Of a stretch of DNA of 64,000 nt, positions 1-8,431 are shown piece after piece. Each line of letters starts with the position of its first letter. Positions within the stretch are counted from its first letter, which is position 1. The stretch covers positions 19,681 to 83,680 of the forward strand of contig CAYTED010000006.1 of NCBI GenBank assembly GCA_964436855.1, written 5' to 3'. Below the pieces are notes generated by a model. It was given only the letters and a program-made list of their open reading frames with translations, was not told the DNA's origin and made no database searches. The translations under genes were made by a program, and so were the position numbers. This DNA comes from an uncultured Bdellovibrionales bacterium (GTDB taxonomy: Bacteria > Patescibacteriota > Minisyncoccia > Moranbacterales > UBA1568).

Positions 1-138
1 GTGTACGAAGAAGGCGGAGAAACTTTTGTATCGGCAGTTCTTCCGACAGTAGCGATGAGCATGATCGAAAACCCCGCCCTGTCTGTCATTGCGGTTGAAG
101 TTGAAGCAAAACTAAAAAAAGTGGTCGATTCTCTTTAA
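1..138 (+). CDS. DUF302 family protein, 3' part (truncated by window edge)
   Basis: Frame 1 reads VYEEGGETFVSAVLPTVAMSMIENPALSVIAVEVEAKLKKVVDSL*, which resembles the DUF302 C-terminus; metal-resistance neighbourhood. Confidence 0.7.
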   Translation: MYEEGGETFVSAVLPTVAMSMIENPALSVIAVEVEAKLKKVVDSL

Positions 139-159
139 TAAATCAATCAATTCAAAAAT

Positions 160-381
160 ATGAAACTATCAAAATTAATGCACGTGGTCAGCGTTATCGT
201 GGGTTTTGTTGGAGTCATTTCATTTTTAGCAGCAGTGCTTGGTGGTGCCGATAATAGAGTCTTTGGAATCACAAAAGTAGATGCTTTGCTGTGTGCTGGG
301 ATTCTCATTCTCATCGCCATTTGGCTTCAGGTAGGAACGATTCACCACATGATGCTTGAGAAGCGCGGAGAACTTGTTTAA
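160..381 (+). CDS. Small two-TM membrane protein
   Basis: 73 aa, two hydrophobic segments, in line with the copper cluster. Confidence 0.65.
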   Translation: MKLSKLMHVVSVIVGFVGVISFLAAVLGGADNRVFGITKVDALLCAGILILIAIWLQVGTIHHMMLEKRGELV

Positions 382-398
382 TTCCTTTGTTCAAATGT

Positions 399-593
399 AT
401 GGAACAGACCGAAACATTTTCTCGAAAGACATGGCTAGTTATTTTGATTATCGGTTTGGTCGGGCTAATATTTCTTTTGAGAAATCATACCTCGCATGTC
501 TTTTCAGTATTACCGTATCTGGTTCTTCTTTTGTGTCCGCTGATGCACTTATTCATGCATAAGAGTCACGGACACAATGGTGAGCATAAATAA
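399..593 (+). CDS. DUF2933 family small membrane protein
   Basis: LPYLVLLLCPLMHLFMH plus His-rich tail; ATG at 399 preferred over the TTG at 387. Confidence 0.8.
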   Translation: MEQTETFSRKTWLVILIIGLVGLIFLLRNHTSHVFSVLPYLVLLLCPLMHLFMHKSHGHNGEHK

Positions 594-595
594 CT

Positions 596-2692
596 ATGGA
601 TCATAGTAAGCACGCTAGTCATGTTACCCACAACATGACCCGGATGGGTTTTTTGGAGAAATTAAAAATGAGCATGTCGATGACAATGGGCATGGATCAT
701 ACTGGTCTCGCTGGACGAGAAATGGCTCGTCTCATGGAAATAGATATTCGAAACAAGTTCTTCTTTGCTCTCGTATTCACCATACCGATCATTTTCTACT
801 CGCCTCTCGGCACGGAGTTTCTCGGTCTCAACCTCCCATCTCCACTCCCGCTGCCGTGGCTTCTTTTGCTTCTCACCACGCCGGTATTCTTCTACTCCGG
901 TTGGATTTTCCTCTACTCGACATATTTTGCACTGAAGGAGAGGACACTGAACATGGCCGTGCTTATCGCGGTTGGTATTACGGCCGCCTATGGCTTCAGT
1001 ATTCTGCTTACCTTGATTGGGAGCACTGATTCTTACTATGAGGCGGCTGCCATGCTTATCACCTTTGTCCTTTTTGGGCACTGGATGGAAATGAAATCCC
1101 GTCGAGGAACGACTGACGCGCTGAGAGCCCTCCTCAACCTTGTGCCACCTCAAGCTCGTATCATACGCGACGGTAAGGAGGCATTAGTGCCGACAAGCGA
1201 AGTCAAAGTAGGTGACACGCTTCTCTTGAAACCAGGTGATAAAATACCGGTGGACGGCGAAGTCTCCGAAGGAGAATCGGCCGTTGATGAATCACTGGTA
1301 ACGGGCGAATCCTTTCCGGTGACAAAAAAACCAGGCGATACGGTCGTGGGTGGCTCTATCAATCAGAATGGGTCACTGCGTTTCCGAGCGACGAAGGTAG
1401 GTGATGAAACGGCTCTCGCGCAGATCATGAAATTGGTAGAAATAGCTCAGAACTCAAAGGCTCCTGGGCAAAGAATCGCCGATAGGTTTGCAAAATATTT
1501 GGTCATTGGAGCTATCGGGTCAGGACTGCTTGTTTTTATCATCTGGTATTTTATTGTCGGTTCACCACTTCTCTTGGCGCTCTCATTCGCGATTGCTACA
1601 GTTGTAATTGCTTGTCCGGACGCACTGGGATTGGCCACCCCGACGGCAGTAGCAGTTGGAACAGGTCTTGGTGCCAAGCACAATATTCTCATCAAAGATG
1701 CTCCGACCCTTGAACAAGTCTCAAAAATTCAGGCTATCGTACTCGATAAAACCGGTACGCTTACTGAAGGAAAGCCGAAGGTAACAGATGTGATTGTTTC
1801 AAGCGGTTTCTCAGAAGAACAATTGCTCGCTGTGGCTGCGGTTACAGAAATGCGTTCCAATCATCCACTCGCACGAGCGATTATCGGAGAGGCTGAATCG
1901 AGAGGAATTGCTTTGACGCAGACGGTAGAAAACTTCATGTCTCTTGCTGGACACGGGATTGAGGCTCAGGTGGACGGTCAGTCAGTATCAATCGGGACGC
2001 GAAAGCTTTTAGCTCTTCGAAACGTTCCCTTGGGAGATATTGAGGGATGGGTAAAGCCACTTGAGGCTGAAGGCAAGACGCTCATGTTCATATCCGTCGA
2101 TAAAAAGGCAGCCGGTGCCATCGCAGTCACTGATCCAATCAAAGCAACAGCCAAACAGGCTATTGATGGGATGAAGCAGCTCGGGATTGAAGTAGCTCTT
2201 ATTAGTGGCGACAATCAGAAGACGGTTGAGGTCATTGGAAAAAAGCTCGGGATTGATCGTCTGTTTGCGGAAGTCTTTCCTGAAGACAAGGCTCGCTACG
2301 TTGAATCGCTCCAAAAGGAAGGGAAATTTACAGCGATGGTAGGAGACGGAATTAATGATGCCCCAGCATTGGCTCAGTCGGATGTCGGTATTGCAATTGG
2401 TGCCGGTACGGATGTAGCGATCGAAACGGCAAAGGTGGTGCTGATGAAGTCTGATCCTCTCGATATACTCCGGGCAATAACCCTGAGCAAGGCGACAGTT
2501 CGCAAGATGAAGCAGAATCTTTTCTGGGCTTCCATCTACAATATTCTCGCCATACCGGTCGCCGGTGGCATTTTGTATCCAAATTTTGGCATTATGCTTC
2601 GTCCAGAATTTGCAGCTCTTCTCATGAGCGTTTCGTCGATTATCGTTGCTACTAATGCGGTGTTGCTGAAGCGGGTGGAATCGGAGCTCTAG
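596..2692 (+). CDS. copA: Copper-translocating P1B-type ATPase
   Basis: TGES, CPDALGLATP, DKTGT, HP, GDGINDAP, YN and MxxSS motifs; His/Met-rich N-terminus. Confidence 0.92.
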   Translation: MDHSKHASHVTHNMTRMGFLEKLKMSMSMTMGMDHTGLAGREMARLMEIDIRNKFFFALVFTIPIIFYSPLGTEFLGLNLPSPLPLPWLLLLLTTPVFFYSGWIFLYSTYFALKERTLNMAVLIAVGITAAYGFSILLTLIGSTDSYYEAAAMLITFVLFGHWMEMKSRRGTTDALRALLNLVPPQARIIRDGKEALVPTSEVKVGDTLLLKPGDKIPVDGEVSEGESAVDESLVTGESFPVTKKPGDTVVGGSINQNGSLRFRATKVGDETALAQIMKLVEIAQNSKAPGQRIADRFAKYLVIGAIGSGLLVFIIWYFIVGSPLLLALSFAIATVVIACPDALGLATPTAVAVGTGLGAKHNILIKDAPTLEQVSKIQAIVLDKTGTLTEGKPKVTDVIVSSGFSEEQLLAVAAVTEMRSNHPLARAIIGEAESRGIALTQTVENFMSLAGHGIEAQVDGQSVSIGTRKLLALRNVPLGDIEGWVKPLEAEGKTLMFISVDKKAAGAIAVTDPIKATAKQAIDGMKQLGIEVALISGDNQKTVEVIGKKLGIDRLFAEVFPEDKARYVESLQKEGKFTAMVGDGINDAPALAQSDVGIAIGAGTDVAIETAKVVLMKSDPLDILRAITLSKATVRKMKQNLFWASIYNILAIPVAGGILYPNFGIMLRPEFAALLMSVSSIIVATNAVLLKRVESEL

Positions 2693-2712
2693 ATCTAATT
2701 GAGATAAGCGCT

Positions 2713-3297
2713 ATGAAGAAAATAATTGTTATTTTTATTGTCATTCTTGCTCTCATGGAGGGTGTCTCATGGTGGGTTTATAGATCATTATCTTCCAAAA
2801 ACACCGATGAGACTTTTCGGCCATCAGAAGAAAAACAAGTGCCGAGAGCGCTTCCTAGTCCTTCTGTAAGTCAGCAGCCTGTTGAAAAGTCAGAAAGCAG
2901 CTCTTCGAATAACAATCAAACGCTGACTGTTTCTCAGGCTCCTCTTGCTGAAATTCCTCCAAAAGAGACGGGTTCAGGTTTTGGAGACTTCCCTCTTCCG
3001 AGCACGGAAGTGGTGAGTGGCAGAACAGAGCGGACCATCCATATGGGTGTGAGGCAGTATGTATGGGAACCAGCGACTATTACTGCCAAAAAAGGTGAAC
3101 TAGTAAGGCTTATTATCCACAATGCCGATGTAAAGCATGGTCTCGTCATTCCAGACTTAGGAGTGAATCAAGATATTCCTCCCGACGGAGCAATTGTGGA
3201 GTTTATCGCAAGCAAAGTAGGTACTTTTGAGTTCTTCTGTTCTGTTTGGTGTGGTGAGGGGCATATGGAAATGAGGGGTAAGATTGCGATAGAGTAG
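2713..3297 (+). CDS. Membrane-anchored cupredoxin with CuA-type motif
   Basis: N-terminal TM, low-complexity linker, H...CSVWCGEGHMEM. Confidence 0.85.
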   Translation: MKKIIVIFIVILALMEGVSWWVYRSLSSKNTDETFRPSEEKQVPRALPSPSVSQQPVEKSESSSSNNNQTLTVSQAPLAEIPPKETGSGFGDFPLPSTEVVSGRTERTIHMGVRQYVWEPATITAKKGELVRLIIHNADVKHGLVIPDLGVNQDIPPDGAIVEFIASKVGTFEFFCSVWCGEGHMEMRGKIAIE

Positions 3298-3347
3298 TTC
3301 AATAGATAAATAACAAGAAGTCCATAAACACTAATGGAACCATAAAT

Positions 3348-3965
3348 ATGTCAGATCATTGTTGTCCGGCCGATGGAGTAAATCTGTCCGATGAAAAAAA
3401 CAACAAGCTGAAGAGAATGTTTTGGATTGTGCTTGTTCTCAATGCTGCGATGTTTTTTGTCGAGTTTTTCTATGGATTGATTGCTGGTTCAAATGCGCTC
3501 TTGGCTGATTCGCTTGATATGCTGGGTGATGCATTCGTGTACGGTATCAGTCTTCTCGTAGTCACAAGGAGTATCCAGGCAAAAGCAAATGCTTCGCTTA
3601 TCAAGGGCATAGTGACTCTACTACTCGGTCTCTTTGTTGTGGGTCAGTCGGTATACAAGATATTTGTTCCGTCTATCCCTCAAGGTGAAACAATTACGTT
3701 CATCGGTATTCTCGCGCTTGTTGTGAATCTCGGCTGTTTCTGGCTCCTCACGAAATATAAAAACGGCGATCTTAACGTACAGTCTGCCTGGATTTGTTCA
3801 AGAAACGATGTCTTGGGAAACGCAGGTGTCATTATCGCAGGAGTTTTGGTGGTTTATTTCGGTTCGATGTGGCCTGACATTATCATCGGCCTTGGCATTT
3901 CAATGGTGGTGCTTAGCTCGGCCATTGGGATCATCAAGGAGTCGGTAAGCCAAAGAAGGATTTGA
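3348..3965 (+). CDS. Cation diffusion facilitator (CDF) family transporter, short form
   Basis: ALLADSLDMLGD and WICSRND motifs, about 6 TM. Confidence 0.88.
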   Translation: MSDHCCPADGVNLSDEKNNKLKRMFWIVLVLNAAMFFVEFFYGLIAGSNALLADSLDMLGDAFVYGISLLVVTRSIQAKANASLIKGIVTLLLGLFVVGQSVYKIFVPSIPQGETITFIGILALVVNLGCFWLLTKYKNGDLNVQSAWICSRNDVLGNAGVIIAGVLVVYFGSMWPDIIIGLGISMVVLSSAIGIIKESVSQRRI

Positions 3966-4033
3966 GCGGATGCGCCCGAGTATGGAAGATGAAAAAAGGT
4001 TCAGAAAGCCCCTAGAATCCGAACAAAAGAAAA

Positions 4034-4207
4034 GAGACAAGAAGCTGTCTTAAATGGTAAAATGATACAAGGGTCGTCCCATGTCTCATTTGTCTCGTTT
4101 TATCCTCAAAACCGCGACCCGAGAGCCTCAATTCACTCGTCGGCCAAGACCTCCAAGAAATCCCTCAACGGCTTGATTTCTCAAAGTTCTAGACCGATGA
4201 CGCCCGC
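4034..4207. repeat. Conserved element E, copy 1, at the 3' end of recombinase R1
   Basis: 4058-4207 aligns ungapped with 13719-13868 (about 12 mismatches in 150 bp by manual count); several GAGACA/TGTCTC boxes. Confidence 0.92.
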
Positions 4208-5706
4208 CAAAATTCGGAATCAGAAGAAACGGACAAAGCGGGGTCGCGCCGAAGGCGCGACACTAATGCATTCCCCCCGCCGAATCCAGAATCCAAAAGG
4301 GTTTTCCACGCTCCGCGTGGCTCAAAAAGTACGGTTCGATCCTTAATTTGAAAGTTCGAACCGACTTTTTTGAACAAATGAAGATTTTCTTCATTTGTTC
4401 CCTCGTTTGTCAATTCCATACTGGATTTTATGAATCTATCAGCAAGTTCGAACCGATTATGAGATTTTTTCTCAAAAGATGATAATTTCTCTTTGAGAAG
4501 CTGTTTTTGACACATCAGCTTGTTTTTAGAATCACGATATTCGTCTAGCGAAAGTGCGTTCTCTAGGTAAGCACTCATCAGCTTCTCAATTTTGGAATCC
4601 AAAAGAGAAATTTCATCTTTTGTTTTTTGAGAAAAAATCTCACTCGATTGGACTTCTGATTGCCGATCTTTCTCGTTTTCGGCAATCATCCAGTTTGCCC
4701 AATCGAGTGGCAAAGAAACTTTTTGTACTTCCGTTCTGATTTGAGAAGTTATGATTTCCTCGCGAACATATTTTTGTTCACAAGGATTTTTCCGTTTAGT
4801 ACAGCGGAGATAGTTATGACCTTTCTGTGTTTCGGTAGTAATGAAGTAACCACATTCTCCGCAACGGAAAAATCCTCTGTATAGATAATATTTCAAACCT
4901 TTTCCCTTCGGCTTACTTTTCCTCATCATCACTTCTTGAACGGAATCAAAAAGTTTCTTTGTGATAATCGGTTCATGCTTACCCTCAAAAATCTCTCCGT
5001 TATATCGCATTAGTCCTGTGTAGATAGGATTTTTGAGGATTTGCTGATAGTTCGACACCGCAAGTTCCTTTCCGCTTTTTCGCCTCAATCCAAGTCCGTT
5101 AAATTTATCTCGGATTTGATGCAAAGTGAACGACCCTGTTGCGTATGCCTCAAATGTTTTTTTGATAAGCGGAGCTATCTCTTTGTCGGGAACAATGCCT
5201 TGTCCTTTTACATTCACATATCCAAGTGGAGACATTTGAGGCCATATACCTTCTTTCACTTTGTTGCGATGACCTCGTTTGATATTTTCCGACAAATTGT
5301 CCACATAATACTTAGATTGCGAAAAAGCGATTGAAAGCATGAATTTGCCTTGCGGTGTCGGATCACACCAGAAAGTTGGAAATTTTAGCTCGGCAATCTT
5401 TCCCGTATCGAGCAAATAGATAATTTTTCCACCATCAACAGAATTTCTCGCTAATCTGTCGGGATGCCAAGCTAAAATTCCATTTGCTTCACCTTGCTCG
5501 ATACGGAGAAGCATTTCATTAAATACTGGCCGACCTGGGACTTTGGCGGTTTGTTTTTCTACGAAAATATCAACAACCTCGATTTGCTCTTTCAACGCGA
5601 GTTCTTTGAGTTCAGCCAGTTGATCTGAAATACTTCTCACTTGCCGATCTTCGGTGTCGGTTGATTTCCTTGTGTAGATGAAAAACTTTCTGGTGTGATT
5701 ATTCAT
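4189..5706 (-). CDS. Large serine recombinase R1 (resolvase + recombinase + Zn-ribbon + coiled coil)
   Basis: YTRKST catalytic Ser motif, DRLARN, CGECG...C Zn ribbon, 505 aa. Confidence 0.95.
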   Translation of the reverse strand: MNNHTRKFFIYTRKSTDTEDRQVRSISDQLAELKELALKEQIEVVDIFVEKQTAKVPGRPVFNEMLLRIEQGEANGILAWHPDRLARNSVDGGKIIYLLDTGKIAELKFPTFWCDPTPQGKFMLSIAFSQSKYYVDNLSENIKRGHRNKVKEGIWPQMSPLGYVNVKGQGIVPDKEIAPLIKKTFEAYATGSFTLHQIRDKFNGLGLRRKSGKELAVSNYQQILKNPIYTGLMRYNGEIFEGKHEPIITKKLFDSVQEVMMRKSKPKGKGLKYYLYRGFFRCGECGYFITTETQKGHNYLRCTKRKNPCEQKYVREEIITSQIRTEVQKVSLPLDWANWMIAENEKDRQSEVQSSEIFSQKTKDEISLLDSKIEKLMSAYLENALSLDEYRDSKNKLMCQKQLLKEKLSSFEKKSHNRFELADRFIKSSMELTNEGTNEENLHLFKKVGSNFQIKDRTVLFEPRGAWKTLLDSGFGGGNALVSRLRRDPALSVSSDSEFWRASSV

Positions 5707-5727
5707 AGAATTGTATTGGCAAACGAG

Positions 5728-5898
5728 GAGCCACGCGGAGCGTGGCGAATCCTTGCAGAATCAGGATTTTGTGGGGGGAATACAGAGCAGACGGCGCCTC
5801 GCGCCGACCGCATTTTTGCTTCGGAATCCGATTTCCAATTTTGGCGGTGTTTGTTGGACAAAGTTCGAATGTATTTCGAGCAGAATCCCGAAGACTAA
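5728..5898 (+). pseudogene. Inverted alternative 3' tail of a serine recombinase (tail A)
   Basis: EPRGAWRILAESGFCGG...FWRCLLDKVRMYFEQNPED* is homologous to the R1 end EPRGAWKTLLDSGFGGG...FWR; 5728-5745 is a perfect 18-bp inverted repeat of 4306-4323. Confidence 0.85.
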
Positions 5899-5931
5899 TC
5901 GCGCCTCGTCCGCTCCCTTCGGTCGCGGTAC

Positions 5932-6021
5932 AAAACCAAAAATTTTCCTTCCTTTCTTCTGATTTTCGGCGGGGGGTGTGGGGGGAGCCGACAAAAAATG
6001 GAAAGGAAATTTTTGGTTTTG
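5932..6021. repeat. Long imperfect hairpin with a GGGGGGTGTGGGGGG loop
   Basis: Arms aaaaccaaaaattttccttcc / ggaaaggaaatttttggtttt; G6TGTG6 at 5971-5985. Confidence 0.75.
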
Positions 6022-6132
6022 GTTCCGACGCTTCATAAAAATACTGTTTTGCACACTTGTGTTATAACTTAACATTGAGCCAAAACACAATAGCGTGATA
6101 TAATAATCAGTGTTGATAAGTTTTCATAGAAT

Positions 6133-6432
6133 ATGGCGAAACAAGTAACACAAAAAATACCGCATACTTTACCTAAGGACATGCGAGACGTACTCACCAC
6201 TCACTCCGATGTTAAAGCAAAGTGGGATACTCTCACTTCACTTGCTCAAAATGAGTGGATTTGTTGGGTGACTATTGTGAAGAAAAAAGAAACTCGGAAT
6301 GAGCATCTTGCTCGGTTTGTTCAGGATTTACAAAAAGGAAAAAGAAGACCATGTTGTTGGCCAGGATGTCCGCATCGCAGACCAAGTGCACAAAAGTGGT
6401 TTAGTAGCAAAACAAGGTTAGTAAATAAATAA
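6133..6432 (+). CDS. YdeI/OmpD-associated family protein
   Basis: LPKD...WDTLT...NEWICWV...KKKETR...RRPCCWPGC pattern. Confidence 0.8.
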   Translation: MAKQVTQKIPHTLPKDMRDVLTTHSDVKAKWDTLTSLAQNEWICWVTIVKKKETRNEHLARFVQDLQKGKRRPCCWPGCPHRRPSAQKWFSSKTRLVNK

Positions 6433-6433
6433 T

Positions 6434-6643
6434 ATGGCAAAAACCACAGCACAAAAATTTGGCGAAAATATGAAAAAGATTCGGCTCGAAAAAGGTATGT
6501 CGCAAGGCGACATTTGCCGAGAGTTAGGATTAGATCGAGCATATATTAGCAATGTCGAGAACGGCAAACAAAATCTTACAATTAGCACAATGGAAAAGGT
6601 CGCCACAGTGCTTGGGGTTAGCGTAGATCAACTTTTAAAATAA
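6434..6643 (+). CDS. XRE-family HTH transcriptional regulator
   Basis: RLEKGMSQ...AYISNVENGKQN. Confidence 0.9.
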   Translation: MAKTTAQKFGENMKKIRLEKGMSQGDICRELGLDRAYISNVENGKQNLTISTMEKVATVLGVSVDQLLK

Positions 6644-6645
6644 CT

Positions 6646-7500
6646 ATGACGACACAAAATCAAACCATTACCAAAATCGCTATTTTTCAGAAAAAGGAAG
6701 TTCGCAAGATTCTCTATAAAAATGAGTGGTGGTTTTCTGTAATTGATGTTATTGAGGTTTTAACAGATACAGCACGCCCACGAAAATATTGGAGCGACCT
6801 CAAGAAGAAACTAATAAAAGAGGGTTATTCTGAAGTGTCCGAAAATATCGGACAGTTGAAAATGACCTCTCCTGACGGCAAAAAGCGAGAAACTGACTGC
6901 GCGAATACCGAAACAATTTTTCGCATTATCCAAGCTATACCATCACCAAAAGCAGAGCCGTTCAAGCGTTGGTTGGCGCGGGTTGGTTATGAGCGAATTG
7001 AAGAAATAGAAAATCCGGAACTTGCCACAAAACGCACGCGTGCGTTATACAGGGCAAAAGGATATTCAGATGCTTGGATTGAAAAACGAATGCGTGGTAT
7101 TGAAGTACGCGAGACACTTACGGACGAATGGAAAAAACGTGGAGTAAAAGAAGGGCAGGAATATGCAATTCTCACAGCGGAAATCTCAAGAGCAACATTT
7201 GGTATGACACCGAGTCAATACCAAAAACTCAAAGGTTTGAAGCGGGAAAATTTGCGCGACCACATGAATGACCTCGAGCTTATTTTTACAATGCTCGGCG
7301 AAGCCTCAACTACCGAAATCGCTCGCAACAAAAACACCCAAGGATTTTTGGAAAATAAAATTGCTGCGAAAGAAGGAGGAGATATAGCTGGTGAAGCACG
7401 CCGAAAACTTGAAATAAAGAGTGGTAAAAAAGTTTCTACTGGTGAAAATTATTTACCAGAGCCAAAGTCGAATCGCAAGTTAAAGCCAAAAAATACATGA
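6646..7500 (+). CDS. Bro-N domain protein (antirepressor-like)
   Basis: WWFSVIDV...PRKYWSDLK...IPSPKAEPFKRWLA...ENLRDHM. Confidence 0.88.
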   Translation: MTTQNQTITKIAIFQKKEVRKILYKNEWWFSVIDVIEVLTDTARPRKYWSDLKKKLIKEGYSEVSENIGQLKMTSPDGKKRETDCANTETIFRIIQAIPSPKAEPFKRWLARVGYERIEEIENPELATKRTRALYRAKGYSDAWIEKRMRGIEVRETLTDEWKKRGVKEGQEYAILTAEISRATFGMTPSQYQKLKGLKRENLRDHMNDLELIFTMLGEASTTEIARNKNTQGFLENKIAAKEGGDIAGEARRKLEIKSGKKVSTGENYLPEPKSNRKLKPKNT

Positions 7501-7964
7501 AACTGACATTCGATGAAAACTTGATAGCGGACTACACCAGTGCTTCTCAAAAGGTCAGAGTTTTAAGCGAGAATTTGGTCTTAAAGGAAATATATTGCCC
7601 TAATTGCGGTGAGTCTATTTTTGAATATCAAAACAATAAACCCGTTGCCGATTTTTACTGCTCAAAATGTTCAGAGGATTTCGAACTCAAGTCAAAGCAA
7701 GGAAAATTTGGCAAAAAAGTTTCCGCTGGCGCATATTCCAAAATGATAGAAAGAATCAATTCTGCACAAAAGCCGAATTTCTTCTTCATGGGATATCTGC
7801 TAGAACTTTTGAATGTTAATGACTTCTTTGTTGTTCCAAAACATTTCTTTGTATCTGAAATTATCGAAAAGCGAAAACCATTATCCGAAACTGCTCGTCG
7901 AGCGGGTTGGGTCGGTTCAAATATTCTCTTTTCAAAAATACCGAAGGCAGGGCAAATCTTTTGA
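7497..7964 (+). pseudogene. DpnI-like (Dam-replacing) restriction endonuclease, C-terminally truncated
   Basis: SASQKVRVLSE, YCPNCG, NNKPVADFYC, FELKSK, RRAGWVG; stops at 155 aa without the C-terminal winged-helix part. Confidence 0.8.
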
Positions 7965-8421
7965 TGAAAGCCTGAAGCAACTTGGTAAAGTCCTTGGATT
8001 TGAGGCTTCAAGACCTGAAATGAATGGGGATGGAACTTTAGACGTATGCTGGGAAGATGAGGAAAGGAAAGTTGTTATAGGGTTTGAAAATAAAATTGAA
8101 AAGACTAATAAGATTCTATCTAAACAAGAAATAGACCAGTGTTCTGGACACGGAAACTGGCTCTCACAAAACTACCCTGACTATGAGCGCATCATGTTTG
8201 TTGTTGGTCGAATTGATGGCTATAACGAATTAGCGTCTCCTCTTGATCTAAATATTTTGGAAGTAACAGAAATTGAGAGAGTGTCAGGTGAGATTAAACA
8301 GGTACATGGGAAAAAGGTTTACCCTGAGCAAGTGGACGCATCTCTTGACTCTCAAAAACTAAGGGCTAGTAGTATCTTTCCTCAAGTTAAAGTTTCGTCT
8401 TTACCGAAGATAAAGTGCTGA
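7958..8421 (+). pseudogene. 3' fragment of a protein with a PD-(D/E)xK-like C-terminal domain (possibly a helicase C-terminus)
   Basis: FDESLKQLGKVLGFEASRPE...DVCW...FENK...Q..GH..W; no plausible own start, begins where the DpnI frame stops. Confidence 0.5.
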
Positions 8422-8431
8422 TTTCAAGTTC

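Noticed and set aside
4062-4346. 94-aa ORF across element E
   Set aside because: Overlaps R1 antisense, has no protein features and is better explained as a non-coding repeat
7813-7957. 5' part of the 202-aa ORF
   Set aside because: Out-of-frame overlap with the DpnI-like gene; only the part after ~7958 looks coding
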